Part shown: in pieces, positions 10,397 to 20,000 of the stretch
Position numbering within the stretch: position 1 is the first letter of the stretch
Layout: each line of letters begins with the position of its first letter
Assembly (NCBI GenBank): GCA_903860135.1
Contig: CAIOPG010000017.1
Span: 139,364-203,363 of the forward strand
Source: Candidatus Omnitrophota bacterium
GTDB lineage: Bacteria; Omnitrophota; Gorgyraeia; Zapsychrales; Fredricksoniimonadaceae
Length of the DNA: 64,000 bases
Direction of reading: 5' to 3'
Made by a program: the position numbers and the translations under genes
Notes under the pieces: model-generated
What the model was told of the DNA's origin: nothing
Seen by the model: only the letters and a program-made list of their open reading frames with translations
The model's database searches: none

Positions 10397-10681
10397 TCAC
10401 AGTGAAGCCAGATCGCCCGATGAGGCAACGAAACTGGGTATCTTGCGCTCGAGCACCGCCTGCTGAAAACCCTCACGAACAAGCTCGCGCTCTTCAGCAT
10501 TCAGCAATTCTTCCCAGTTGCCTTTGATGCTGTGGCGCATATACACCTTGTGGCTATTCTGAAAAACAAGAAAAAGCTTTGTCCGGCCCGTGTGCTCTTC
10601 TTCGGTAGAACAAAAAACACATTCGCAATGCGGCAGCTCCACCATGTGCCTGAAAATAAAGCGTTGTTGAGCGGTGATCAT
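10397..10681 (-). CDS. Hypothetical small Cys-containing cytoplasmic protein inserted between mraZ and rsmH
   Basis: ORF-track ORF 10397-10699; the best start is the ATG at 10681 preceded by GGAGG (MITAQQRFIF...HCECVFC...). No TM segment and no family recognised. Confidence 0.45.
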   Translation of the reverse strand: MITAQQRFIFRHMVELPHCECVFCSTEEEHTGRTKLFLVFQNSHKVYMRHSIKGNWEELLNAEERELVREGFQQAVLERKIPSFVASSGDLASL

Positions 10682-10718
10682 ACGCACCTCCTCACCCAAG
10701 GGTTAACCTTGCTGGAAT

Positions 10719-11156
10719 CTATAAACTTAAGACATTTTCAGCGGTTTGCTCAAAAAGCTGGCTCGACTTCGCGTAATATTCCTGCCAACGTGCCTGATCC
10801 CATATCTCGATGCGGTTGGAAACCCCGATCAGAACCGACTTGTCCTTGATCCCGGCGTAATCTTTCAAATACGACGGAAGAAGAAACCGCCCCTGCTTGT
10901 CCGGTACCACATCCATGGCTCCGGAAAAAAACATGCGGTTGAAGGTGCGCGAATCCTGTTTGGTGAACGGGACATCACGGAATTTCTGCTCGTACAACCG
11001 CCATTCCGCCTCGGCGAACATAAACACACAGGCCTCAAGCCCACGCGTGACGAAGAACTTGGACACACTGTTCTGGTTAGCCGCCTCACGGAACTTCGCC
11101 GGAAGGATCAGCCTGCCCTTGGTATCCAGATTGTGTGCATATTCACCGTAAAACAT
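10719..11156 (-). CDS. mraZ: Transcriptional regulator MraZ
   Basis: 145 aa, MFYGEYAHNLDTKGRLILPAKFRE..., with duplicated MraZ/SpoVT-AbrB-like halves; first gene of the dcw cluster. Confidence 0.9.
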   Translation of the reverse strand: MFYGEYAHNLDTKGRLILPAKFREAANQNSVSKFFVTRGLEACVFMFAEAEWRLYEQKFRDVPFTKQDSRTFNRMFFSGAMDVVPDKQGRFLLPSYLKDYAGIKDKSVLIGVSNRIEIWDQARWQEYYAKSSQLFEQTAENVLSL

Positions 11157-11170
11157 ATTAACCCTCAGGT

Positions 11171-11248
11171 TTTAGCGGAACACACCACTTCACACCACTT
11201 TCCTCCACCCACATGGACAATTATAGTCCGGCACACGATGGTGTCAAC
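11171..11248 (-). promoter_or_regulatory. Pmra sigma70-type promoter with downstream MraZ-operator-like GTGG direct repeats
   Basis: On the minus strand: TTGACA (plus 11242-11247), a 16-nt spacer, then TATAAT (plus 11220-11225). Downstream are GTGGG/TGGAG plus an exact 10-bp tandem AAGTGGTGTG x2 (plus 11181-11200), i.e. GTGG at 10-bp periodicity before the mraZ SD/ATG. Confidence 0.6.
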
Positions 11249-11268
11249 AAAATAAAGGGGAAATAATG

Positions 11269-11298
11269 AAAAAAGCCCGTGCGGCTAAGCGCACAGGC
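11269..11298 (-). terminator. Rho-independent terminator (hairpin plus T-run on the minus strand)
   Basis: Minus strand reads GCCTGTGCGC-TTAG-CCGCACGGGC followed by TTTTTT. It lies just downstream of the AbiEii-like fragment and upstream of Pmra. Confidence 0.55.
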
Positions 11299-11353
11299 TT
11301 TCATGACGTTTTACAATCTAAAATTATAAACTATTTAACGCTTCATCAAGAAC

Positions 11354-11830
11354 TCAGACGGTGTCCAGCCATTGTTCAAACAAAAGGACGCGATCCTGCT
11401 GGGAAGGATCAGCTAGAAACGGAACAACATCACGCGCCAGGGACTTCATGTCGACGCTCTGCGCTCGCCGCCTCAGGGCATCAATCATGGAATCCTTGTC
11501 GCTGATACCAAGCCTGTCCTTTAAATAAACATAATCAGGAACAGCCTTGCCCATCAGGAACACAATATCAAAAAAATCCCTCCCTTTTTCTTTCCTGCGA
11601 TTCAAGCAGGCAAAAATCTTCTGCGCCGTCAATAACGCCGACGGCACAACATGGATATACCGGAATATACCAAAACGGTTGATCAGGAATTTTTCAGGAG
11701 TATACGCGTAATGTTGCGGCTCAGCGTCGATCTGGATCAGGATACGCTCTTGCTGATGCCCTGACATCCCCTGCTCGAACAACAACCCCGGAAAGCTGAT
11801 GTGGCAATGATACGCCCCCTTGAAATTCAA
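11354..11830 (-). pseudogene. C-terminal fragment of an AbiEii/nucleotidyltransferase-type toxin (no N-terminal catalytic half)
   Basis: The 158-aa ORF resembles the C-terminal region of AbiEii-family NTase toxins (segment ...TAQKIFACLNRRKEKGRDFFDIVFL...). It overlaps the upstream AbiEi-like ORF by 110 nt in a different frame. The two ORFs together (~360 aa) are too short for an intact AbiEi+AbiEii pair. Confidence 0.35.
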
Positions 11831-12440
11831 TATGTGCCATCTCCATCAATTGATGAACAGCCCTTGACACCTTCGCCGACGCAAATAATTTCACATAATC
11901 CCGCAGCTTTCCGACATCGACCACCCGTCGGATCTCCTCGAGGTTCAGCCGCATCCCGGCCAACACATCCTTATTGTCCGCTTCAGGCGTGAAATAAAAA
12001 TGATCGAGCAATGTTTTCTCGGGATCGGAAATATAAAATACATCATGATCATGGGCAATCACCCTTGCCCCGAAGAAAAGTCCCGGCTTGATCGACCGGT
12101 ACTGAAAATCGCCGACCGGAGTCCTGATCTTCCGGTTTCGGCGCGTCGTCATGCAGACCGTACAAAACACCGCTTCAGGAATAAAATTATAATACGCCAA
12201 TGCCGACTCGAGCGCAACATACGCCGGAGCATAGATCACGGAAGCAATGGCGCGCCTATTCACCTCATCAAGATGCTTCCCCTTCACAAGATAAAAATTG
12301 CGCGTCACCTTAAGAATAAGCCCCCGCTTCTGCCATTCATAAAGCCTGCGGCGGTCAAGCCCGTTAAAACAGGTGCTCACATTGCGCATATCAATGAGGC
12401 GCGTATCACCAAAAACTTGTAAGAATTCAATAAATTTCAT
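11721..12440 (-). CDS. AbiEi-like type IV toxin-antitoxin antitoxin / transcriptional regulator (possibly frameshifted at its 3' end)
   Basis: N-terminus ...LYEWQKRGLILKVTRNFYLVKG... and YVALESALAYYNFIPE match the AbiEi_4 antitoxin N-domain pattern; the C-terminal ~40 aa look like out-of-frame read-through. Confidence 0.45.
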   Translation of the reverse strand: MKFIEFLQVFGDTRLIDMRNVSTCFNGLDRRRLYEWQKRGLILKVTRNFYLVKGKHLDEVNRRAIASVIYAPAYVALESALAYYNFIPEAVFCTVCMTTRRNRKIRTPVGDFQYRSIKPGLFFGARVIAHDHDVFYISDPEKTLLDHFYFTPEADNKDVLAGMRLNLEEIRRVVDVGKLRDYVKLFASAKVSRAVHQLMEMAHIEFQGGVSLPHQLSGVVVRAGDVRASARAYPDPDRR

Positions 12441-12595
12441 ATTTGAGTGCCATTTCTTAGTGTTTTATAACTAAAATATAGCACCGGAAATGATAAATTT
12501 CAAGACCGGGAATATGTTTAAAATCCGCTTTTCTGATTTTCTACTTTGCGTCATAGCAGGAAATGTGCTGTATTTAAACCAACTAAAGGAGACCC

Positions 12596-12787
12596 ATGAC
12601 GGTTACGCTGTCGAGCAAGAATCAGATCACCATCCCCAAAAAGATAGCCCACACGGCAACCACGATCAGGTTAAACGATTCCTCGCGCAAAATTAGCGTA
12701 ATACTTCAAATCCTTGTTTTCTTAGCCACGCGTCTCGTCGAACATCATCTTGACTTTGACAAGGCTGTCCACCATCAACTTCAATAA
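12596..12787 (+). pseudogene. Possible remnant of an AbrB/MazE-family (SpoVT-AbrB swapped-hairpin) antitoxin
   Basis: AAAGGAG SD then MTVTLSSKNQITIPKKIA..., matching the S-KGQ-TIP signature. The remaining 45 aa do not look like a folded antitoxin, and no toxin partner lies downstream. Confidence 0.25.
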
Positions 12788-12906
12788 CAAGCCTCATTCC
12801 ATAACAAACAAAATCGACAAGGTATAGCAGGTAACATAATTTTGTTTAAAATATGATTAATAGTGCTTGTCGACCGATTATAATTAATGTCGTTTGGAGA
12901 TTCTTC

Positions 12907-12989
12907 ACCAGAAGTCATACACCTTGGGAACGTCAAATCATAGGCACGATGAAATAATCATCGCAGAGCCGAAGAAGCAGATGTGATCG
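12907..12989. repeat. ~83-nt intergenic repeat, copy A (paired with 16967-17049)
   Basis: About 85% identical to the copy at 16967-17049: ACCAGAAGTCATACACCTTGGGAA(G)CGTCAAATCA...ATCATCGC...G(A/G)TGTGATCG. Both copies sit directly 3' of a secreted-protein gene on the minus strand. Confidence 0.7.
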
Positions 12990-13013
12990 CCGGGAAACGA
13001 TCGAATCAAATGA

Positions 13014-13706
<693 letters not shown>

Positions 13707-13925
13707 ATTTCATCGTCAACCTTTCTTGCGCGCATCTATTGCTGTTAATCTTGCCATCCATCCCCCTTTTATATGCACACAACTACGTACATTCTATTAC
13801 GGACCACCATAAAAATCAAGTCAAAACATAGCGCACATCCGAGTTGGAAAAACTACTCATGAGAAGACTTTATCGTCGCCACCGGCACCACTTGCTGTTG
13901 CCGCGTCAAAGTATTTAAAAATCCC

Positions 13926-14885
13926 TTAAATGCAACAATCCCGATGTCCCCTGGATGCAAAGAAACGGCGGGCCTGGGTGATGTCGCGGGCGATCTGGGC
14001 GATGAGGGTTTCTTTGTCCGCGAAGACCTTGTCGTCGCGGAGTTTCTTGAGGAATTCAACGCAGATCTCGCGGCCGTACAACTGGCCGTGATAATCCAGC
14101 ACATGAAGCTCGCGAACGATGGGCGCGTCTTTGCCCTTGAACGTCGGGCGGCGGCCAATGTAACAGAGGCCGTTGTGCGCACAGCCCGCCCATGACGCGC
14201 GGACCAGATAGATCCCCGCCGGTAAATTGACAACATTCTCTTCCCTGAAATTCGCCGTCGGATAACCGAGCGTCCGGCCGCGGGCATCGCCAGCTTCAAT
14301 CGCACCGAGGAAAGAAAAAGGCCGGTGCAGGCAACGCCGCACGCCAGCCAGGTCGCCAGCGGTGATCAGGGCCTTGATGGCCGTGGACTTGATATCCTTG
14401 CCGGTCGCACGCAGGATATCGATCTGCTCGACGGCAAATCCAAGAGTTTTACCCATCGCGCATAAGAAGTCCACCGTACCGGCCCGCGCACGCCCGAAAT
14501 GAAAATCACGGCCAATGATGACGGCCCGCGTATGCAGCCATCCATGAAGGAATTTTGTGACAAAAGTTTTCGGCAGCCAGGAAGAAAAACGGCGGTTGAA
14601 ACGCAGGACAACACACACATCCACCCCCAGTGCTTCAATGAGGCGCAAGCGGTGCTCAAGGGTCATGATATACGGCCAGGCTTTAAGCGGCCGCAGGATA
14701 GCGCACGGATGCGGATCAAAGGTCACCACAACCGACGGCACCTTCAGCCGGAGCGCCTCTGCGACGGCCCGGGCAATGACCCGCTGATGCCCGCGGTGAA
14801 CCCCGTCGAACACGCCGATGGCGGCCACCGAGGCTTTCAGTTCAGGCGGAAGGGTGCCATGGATGAATATGCGTCGCATTGACAT
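13926..14885 (-). CDS. ribF: Bifunctional riboflavin kinase / FMN adenylyltransferase
   Basis: 319 aa; FAD-synthetase N-domain (GVFDGVHRGHQ) and riboflavin-kinase C-domain. Confidence 0.85.
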   Translation of the reverse strand: MSMRRIFIHGTLPPELKASVAAIGVFDGVHRGHQRVIARAVAEALRLKVPSVVVTFDPHPCAILRPLKAWPYIMTLEHRLRLIEALGVDVCVVLRFNRRFSSWLPKTFVTKFLHGWLHTRAVIIGRDFHFGRARAGTVDFLCAMGKTLGFAVEQIDILRATGKDIKSTAIKALITAGDLAGVRRCLHRPFSFLGAIEAGDARGRTLGYPTANFREENVVNLPAGIYLVRASWAGCAHNGLCYIGRRPTFKGKDAPIVRELHVLDYHGQLYGREICVEFLKKLRDDKVFADKETLIAQIARDITQARRFFASRGHRDCCI

Positions 14886-15510
14886 CGTCGAGTTTTACCG
14901 CGTCATTGATGGTGAATGGGCCGACCTTGGTACGGCGGATCTCGGTGATACAGGCTCCGCACCCCAGATCCTCGCCAACATCCTCGGCGATCTGACGGAC
15001 ATAGGTCCCCTTGGAGCAATCCAGATGGAAACGGACGAAAGGCGGCGCGAATTCGATCAGGTCCAAGGTATCCACCCGGATCTGGCGCGGTTCGCGCTTG
15101 ACCTCGATCCCCTTGCGGGCAAGTTTATACAGGCGTTGCCCCTCGTGTTTTACCGCCGAAACCATGGGCGGGATCTGGTCGATCAGGCCCGTGAATTTTT
15201 TAAACGATGCCTCGACCATCGGCTGGGTCACCGCTTCGAAAGGACGTTCAAGCAAGACTTCCCCCTGGATATCCGCACTGCGCGTCTTGACGCCCAGCTT
15301 GAGGGTCGCGCCATAGCCTTTATCAAAACCAACGAATTTGTCGAACAACCGTGTTGACGGCCCGACGAGAATAACGAGCACACCCGTTGCCAGGGGGTCA
15401 AGTGTGCCGGCATGCCCCACGCGTTTGTTCCTGATCTTCCGGCGGATGATCGCCACCACATCGTGCGACGTCATGCCCGAAGGCTTATCTACCACAATGA
15501 TCCCGTCCAT
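14842..15510 (-). CDS. truB: tRNA pseudouridine55 synthase
   Basis: ORF-track ORF 14842-15660. The conserved N-terminus MDGIIVVDKPSGMTSHDVV...HAGTLDP begins at the ATG at 15508-15510, with the catalytic Asp in GTLDP. Confidence 0.85.
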   Translation of the reverse strand: MDGIIVVDKPSGMTSHDVVAIIRRKIRNKRVGHAGTLDPLATGVLVILVGPSTRLFDKFVGFDKGYGATLKLGVKTRSADIQGEVLLERPFEAVTQPMVEASFKKFTGLIDQIPPMVSAVKHEGQRLYKLARKGIEVKREPRQIRVDTLDLIEFAPPFVRFHLDCSKGTYVRQIAEDVGEDLGCGACITEIRRTKVGPFTINDAVKLDDVNATHIHPWHPSA

Positions 15511-15535
15511 AGCAATATCAACCTCAAATGCAGAT

Positions 15536-16492
15536 TTATATGATCCTGGCGATCGCGGCAAGGACCTGCGTCTTTGCCTGCGCCAAAGGTTTATCCAGAA
15601 AACCGCCGCTCGCATTCTTGTGCCCGCCGCCGTTAAACCCCGAAGCCAACTGCGCCACATCCACGGTGCCGCGACTGCGGAAATTCAGGCGTGTCTTTCT
15701 TTTTTCCTGCTCGGTGATGATCATGACCACGTCCAGCCCCTTGACCGCGCGCAAGAACCCAAAGACCTTATCCTTCACATCCAGGCCATCGGAGAATACC
15801 GCCGCCTGTCGACGGGAAATGCCCAGGCAGGCCACCCGGTTATCCAGATGCAACGTTAGCGTATTCATCAGGCGCAGGAAGGCCTTGAGGTCTTTCTCCG
15901 GCATGGTCTCGTAGGCCTGACGGTACAGCCCGCTCACCGACAGCTCGAATTTCATCAGTTCGGCGATCACCGTGTGCGTTTGCGCGCTGGTGCAGTCAAA
16001 ACCAAAAGAGCCCGTGTCGGTTAAAATGCCCAGATAAAGAAGCTCGGCCATGTCGCGCGTCAATGGCTGGCCAGAAGCCTTCAGGAGGCCATAAACGATC
16101 TCCGACGTCGAAGAACTGTCCAGCTTGACCAGGTTCTGATCGCCAAAAGCGGTGTTGGTCACATGATGGTCAATGTTGATCACCTTGACACCCGGCCCCA
16201 TGAGGCGCGCCGGCTTGCCGGTACGTTCCTTGTCGCCGCAATCAAGCACAATGGCTACGTCGGGCACGAATTTTATCTTGTCATTATAAGTTTCATAATA
16301 ACGCACCTGCGGCACAAACTTCAGCCACGCGGGGCATGGCCCGTCGTTAATAAGGCGGACTTTTTTGCCAAGCGCGCGTAAAAAAAGCGTCACGGCCAGA
16401 GCCGACCCGAGAGCATCAGGGTCAGGGTTGACGTGCATGGTCACCAGGAACGTGCGGTGAGCCTTGATCGTGCGGAGAATGGCGCGGGGCAT
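15536..16492 (-). CDS. nrnA: DHH-family phosphoesterase (NrnA-like bifunctional oligoribonuclease / pAp phosphatase)
   Basis: 318 aa with a DHH motif (INIDHHVTN) and a DHHA1-like C-terminus ending GGGHKNASGG. Confidence 0.7.
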   Translation of the reverse strand: MPRAILRTIKAHRTFLVTMHVNPDPDALGSALAVTLFLRALGKKVRLINDGPCPAWLKFVPQVRYYETYNDKIKFVPDVAIVLDCGDKERTGKPARLMGPGVKVINIDHHVTNTAFGDQNLVKLDSSSTSEIVYGLLKASGQPLTRDMAELLYLGILTDTGSFGFDCTSAQTHTVIAELMKFELSVSGLYRQAYETMPEKDLKAFLRLMNTLTLHLDNRVACLGISRRQAAVFSDGLDVKDKVFGFLRAVKGLDVVMIITEQEKRKTRLNFRSRGTVDVAQLASGFNGGGHKNASGGFLDKPLAQAKTQVLAAIARII

Positions 16493-16495
16493 GGG

Positions 16496-16912
16496 TTAAG
16501 CGTCCCCGGCTGCGGTTGGCTGTCCTTCGGCCGTTGCTTCTTCGCCCGAAGGTGTTGCCTGACGCGCGCGGCCAGCTTCGAGCTCGTTGAACAACTGGGT
16601 CATGTGGACACCTTGCGCGATGGTATTATCATAAACAAATTTTACTTCAGGCACATGCCTCAAGGTGATCCGCTGTCCGAGCAAACGCCGCACCATACCC
16701 TTGGCTGAATCAAGCCCGCCCTGCACCCGGCGTATGGCATCCGGATCGTCGGACAAGACACTGAAGCCCACATGCGCCCAGCTCAAGTCCTTGCTGACAT
16801 CAACATAGGTGATGGTCACCCCGGTCACACGCGGGTCGCGGATCTCGCCGAGCAACATCATCTGGCTGATCTCACGCTTGATAAACTGATTGATCCTGTC
16901 CATACGTTCCAT
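16496..16912 (-). CDS. rbfA: Ribosome-binding factor A
   Basis: ORF-track ORF extends to 16978, but the RbfA-typical start MERMDRINQFIKREISQ...IRDPRV begins at 16910-16912 with GGAGA/AGGAG upstream. The 22 in-frame codons before it fall inside the 83-nt repeat (copy B). Confidence 0.8.
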   Translation of the reverse strand: MERMDRINQFIKREISQMMLLGEIRDPRVTGVTITYVDVSKDLSWAHVGFSVLSDDPDAIRRVQGGLDSAKGMVRRLLGQRITLRHVPEVKFVYDNTIAQGVHMTQLFNELEAGRARQATPSGEEATAEGQPTAAGDA

Positions 16913-16966
16913 AAAAGTCTCCTCTCCCGTATCTGACGGGCTATCCGCTAGAATGTCCACAAGCAT

Positions 16967-17049
16967 ACCAGAAGTCATACACCTTGGGAAGCGTCAAATC
17001 ACGGGCATGAGGAAATGATCATCGCGGATCCGATGACGCAGGTGTGATC
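16967..17049. repeat. ~83-nt intergenic repeat, copy B (paired with 12907-12989)
   Basis: See copy A. It begins at the stop codon of the 1030-aa modular protein and contains AAGGTGT-ATGACTTCTGGT (an SD plus ATG-ThrSerGly) on the minus strand. Confidence 0.7.
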
Positions 17050-20000
17050 GTCAAGAGGACTGGCTTGAAACCGGCAAACGAAGGCAAAAGGAAATCTTCA
17101 TTACCGACAACTTTTTCATCCGATGCCGCCTGGCTCCGGTCAACCGCCACCTCCATCCCGCTGGCATCAATACCACCGTATTTCTTCTGATCAGCAAGAC
17201 CCTTAGCATCTTTTTTCTGAAGCCTGTACACATGATATTCCCATGGCTGCAACGTCCATGTTCGTTCTTTGACCATATCCCTGAAAGACACTGGCGGCGC
17301 TTCGGGATGAAGAATATCGCTGAATTCCATCTGATCCTTTTCATCCTCGGTAAGATAATCCCACTGAAAATGCTGATTAATATAGGGAATTGTCTTCTCC
17401 GTACCGCTGTGATTCACGACAACAAGGCCAACCTCATAAGAACCGTCCTCATTCTGAATGCGGCGCTGATCAACCAAAACCCCTTCGGGAAGATCACGCT
17501 GATCACCAACCAAAGCCGGCCGCATTGTTCCGTTACACCATAATTTATCTGCCATCAAAGAAAATAAATTCTTATAAAATGATGTGAGTTCAGGGTATTC
17601 CAGCCACGTATCTTCTGCATCGGGTTGATTCAGTGCATCGGGCTTACCGTTGGTCTCGGCATGACGCCCCGTTTCAAACCCCTCATTGATCAGCGTGCCC
17701 CCGGAGAAATAGGCCATCAGCGCCGCATTGGCGGCCTTGGCACGTGCTATAAAACTTTTTAATACGCGCTCACTCAACAAAGCATTAATTTCATCTGGAT
17801 CATCACTAAAATCCTTGTGCAAGACAGCCTCAATCTCAGGGATGTCAGCATTAAGATAAAGATCTTGATCGTTTTCTCTTACATATCCCTGCTCGATCAA
17901 CGACCTCACAATAATGCCTCCCCTCAATGGCGCAGCCTCCGTAACAGCCTGCCAGCTGAAAGCCGTTGTTTCACGTATCTCATCAATGGTCCTTTTCCCA
18001 CGAATATCATCATGATTTTCGAGAAACTTTATAATACCCTGCATGTAAAAATCAGCCCCCTCAGACAACAACGAACCAAACATTCTGGAACTACGACGCA
18101 AAGATACAAAATGCTCCAAAGAAAGATGTTTGGCATAAACAAAATCAATCCCCAGCTTCAAAGCATATTCTTCATTCTCATACATTTCTGCAATAAAAAC
18201 AGAATCCGGATACTTTTTTTTCATTTCTCTAAAAAGATTCCTCCAAAAATCATCATTCATATCGCCATACTTTAATTCCCCCCAACTATTATTGAACCGG
18301 CCTGCCAAAGCCAGATGGAACATGTCAAAACGAATACCTCCACCGTTCGTCAACCGCATAATACGATCAATTAACGCCTCAATATATACCTGAGTTTCCG
18401 GCTTGGAAAAGTCAAAAGCCACCGTGTCCAGCCATGCCGCATAATAAGGATCCTTTTGATGCGCATAAATCCAGGATTTTCCATTTTTATCTTTATGCCA
18501 AAAGAAAAACCTGACAAATTCACTTTCCTGAAGATTCTTCCGAATCCCCCTGAAATAACTGCTCAAATTGGCGATCTCCGCTTCTGGTATTCTGCCTTCT
18601 TCAACCCGTATGAACAGCTCCGGATGTTCCTCCATCAATTTTCCCATGACACCGGCATGATTGGTCACAAGATCAACACACACTTTTATCCCATACTTGG
18701 CCGCACGTTCGACAAGCCTTTTAAAAGCCGCCTCGCCACCCAGGCTTGCCGCCACCGTATAATCATCGAGGCTATACGCGGAGGCCAGGCGCTGCTTTTG
18801 CCCAAAGATCTTAGCTGCCCATCCCTGATAATATCGGCTAAACTTGGATCGCTCCCATATGCCCATGGTCCACAACTCATTGATCCCCTTGTCTGCCAAC
18901 CCTTGAAGGTATTCATCCGTGATTTTGTCAAAACGCTTCGTAGGCCCGGCATGCCACAAATATATAACGGGGGCGTGCGTAAGCTTGACCGGCGCCACTT
19001 CCGCCGCCAGATCAACAACAGCCACGTCGGGAACTGCCGGCAATGGACCTGACACCACCGAAAAAACACCCGGTGTTAACATGCCAAAATCATTTACCCC
19101 GCCGGAAAAATACTTGCGCGGCAAAAGTTCGCCGGACACGGCATCCTTCTCTTCGCGGATGAGATTGACAGCACCTTTCTTATACGCGTCCACATACGTA
19201 TCATAAATCTTGCGCGGTTCCGCCTTGTCGGCGATAGCAACGCCCGCGAGCCTTGCCTTGTCCAGATAAGACCGGCGCCAGGGCGCGGCCCCTTTTTTCT
19301 GACGGTACCATTTGGCCAGGATCAGGGCCTGAAATATCTGCCGTAACCGGGCAAAGCGAGCGCCTTCATTAACCTCCCGCTCGATCACGGGCACAATGAC
19401 CTCGCGCATCACCTGAACAACAGCCTCCTGCCCCGCATTCAGGGCATGACTTCCCTCTGCCTGCGCGCGCGCCAGATAATCCTGTTCAAGCATGACCTTG
19501 AGGCGCGCCTCAACAACCACCCCGCTCAAGCCCTTCTCAACAACCCGCGCCCGCGCCGGAACGATCCACACCTTGTGAAAATCATCGGTCAATGCCCCCA
19601 CATTCACATCACGGTCTGAAACCGCGCGCAACCGTGCCCAAAACACACGGCCACTGGCGCTGTCAGGATGCAATAACGATGCCGTGAACTGTTTAAGGAT
19701 ATAATCCTGGGCCAGGAGATCGCGCCCCAGCTCGGTCATCCCCAGGGTTTTTGTCACGATGCGGTCGGATTCATACGGAGAAAGATTGACCCAGAATTCT
19801 TTTTCAGGAACGGCCAAGCCTGTCAGGAAATACCGCGCCTGCCGCGCAACATTTTCCCGCAAGTCAGCCTCCGGCGTTTGCCCCTTGTCGAGCATGAACA
19901 AAAGCTTGCGCGGCTGTTGCGGGTCGATCCGCAGTCCCTTGACCAGCGCCGGCGTATAGACACCCCCCGTCACAACCAGGGTGCCCGGCAACGGAAGATC

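Noticed and set aside
11266-11505. 79-aa plus-strand ORF (MKKARAAKRTGFHDVL...) between the AbiE remnant and mraZ.
   Set aside because: It is the complement of the intrinsic-terminator hairpin plus intergenic DNA and has no coding signal. The region is better explained as a terminator plus the Pmra promoter on the minus strand.
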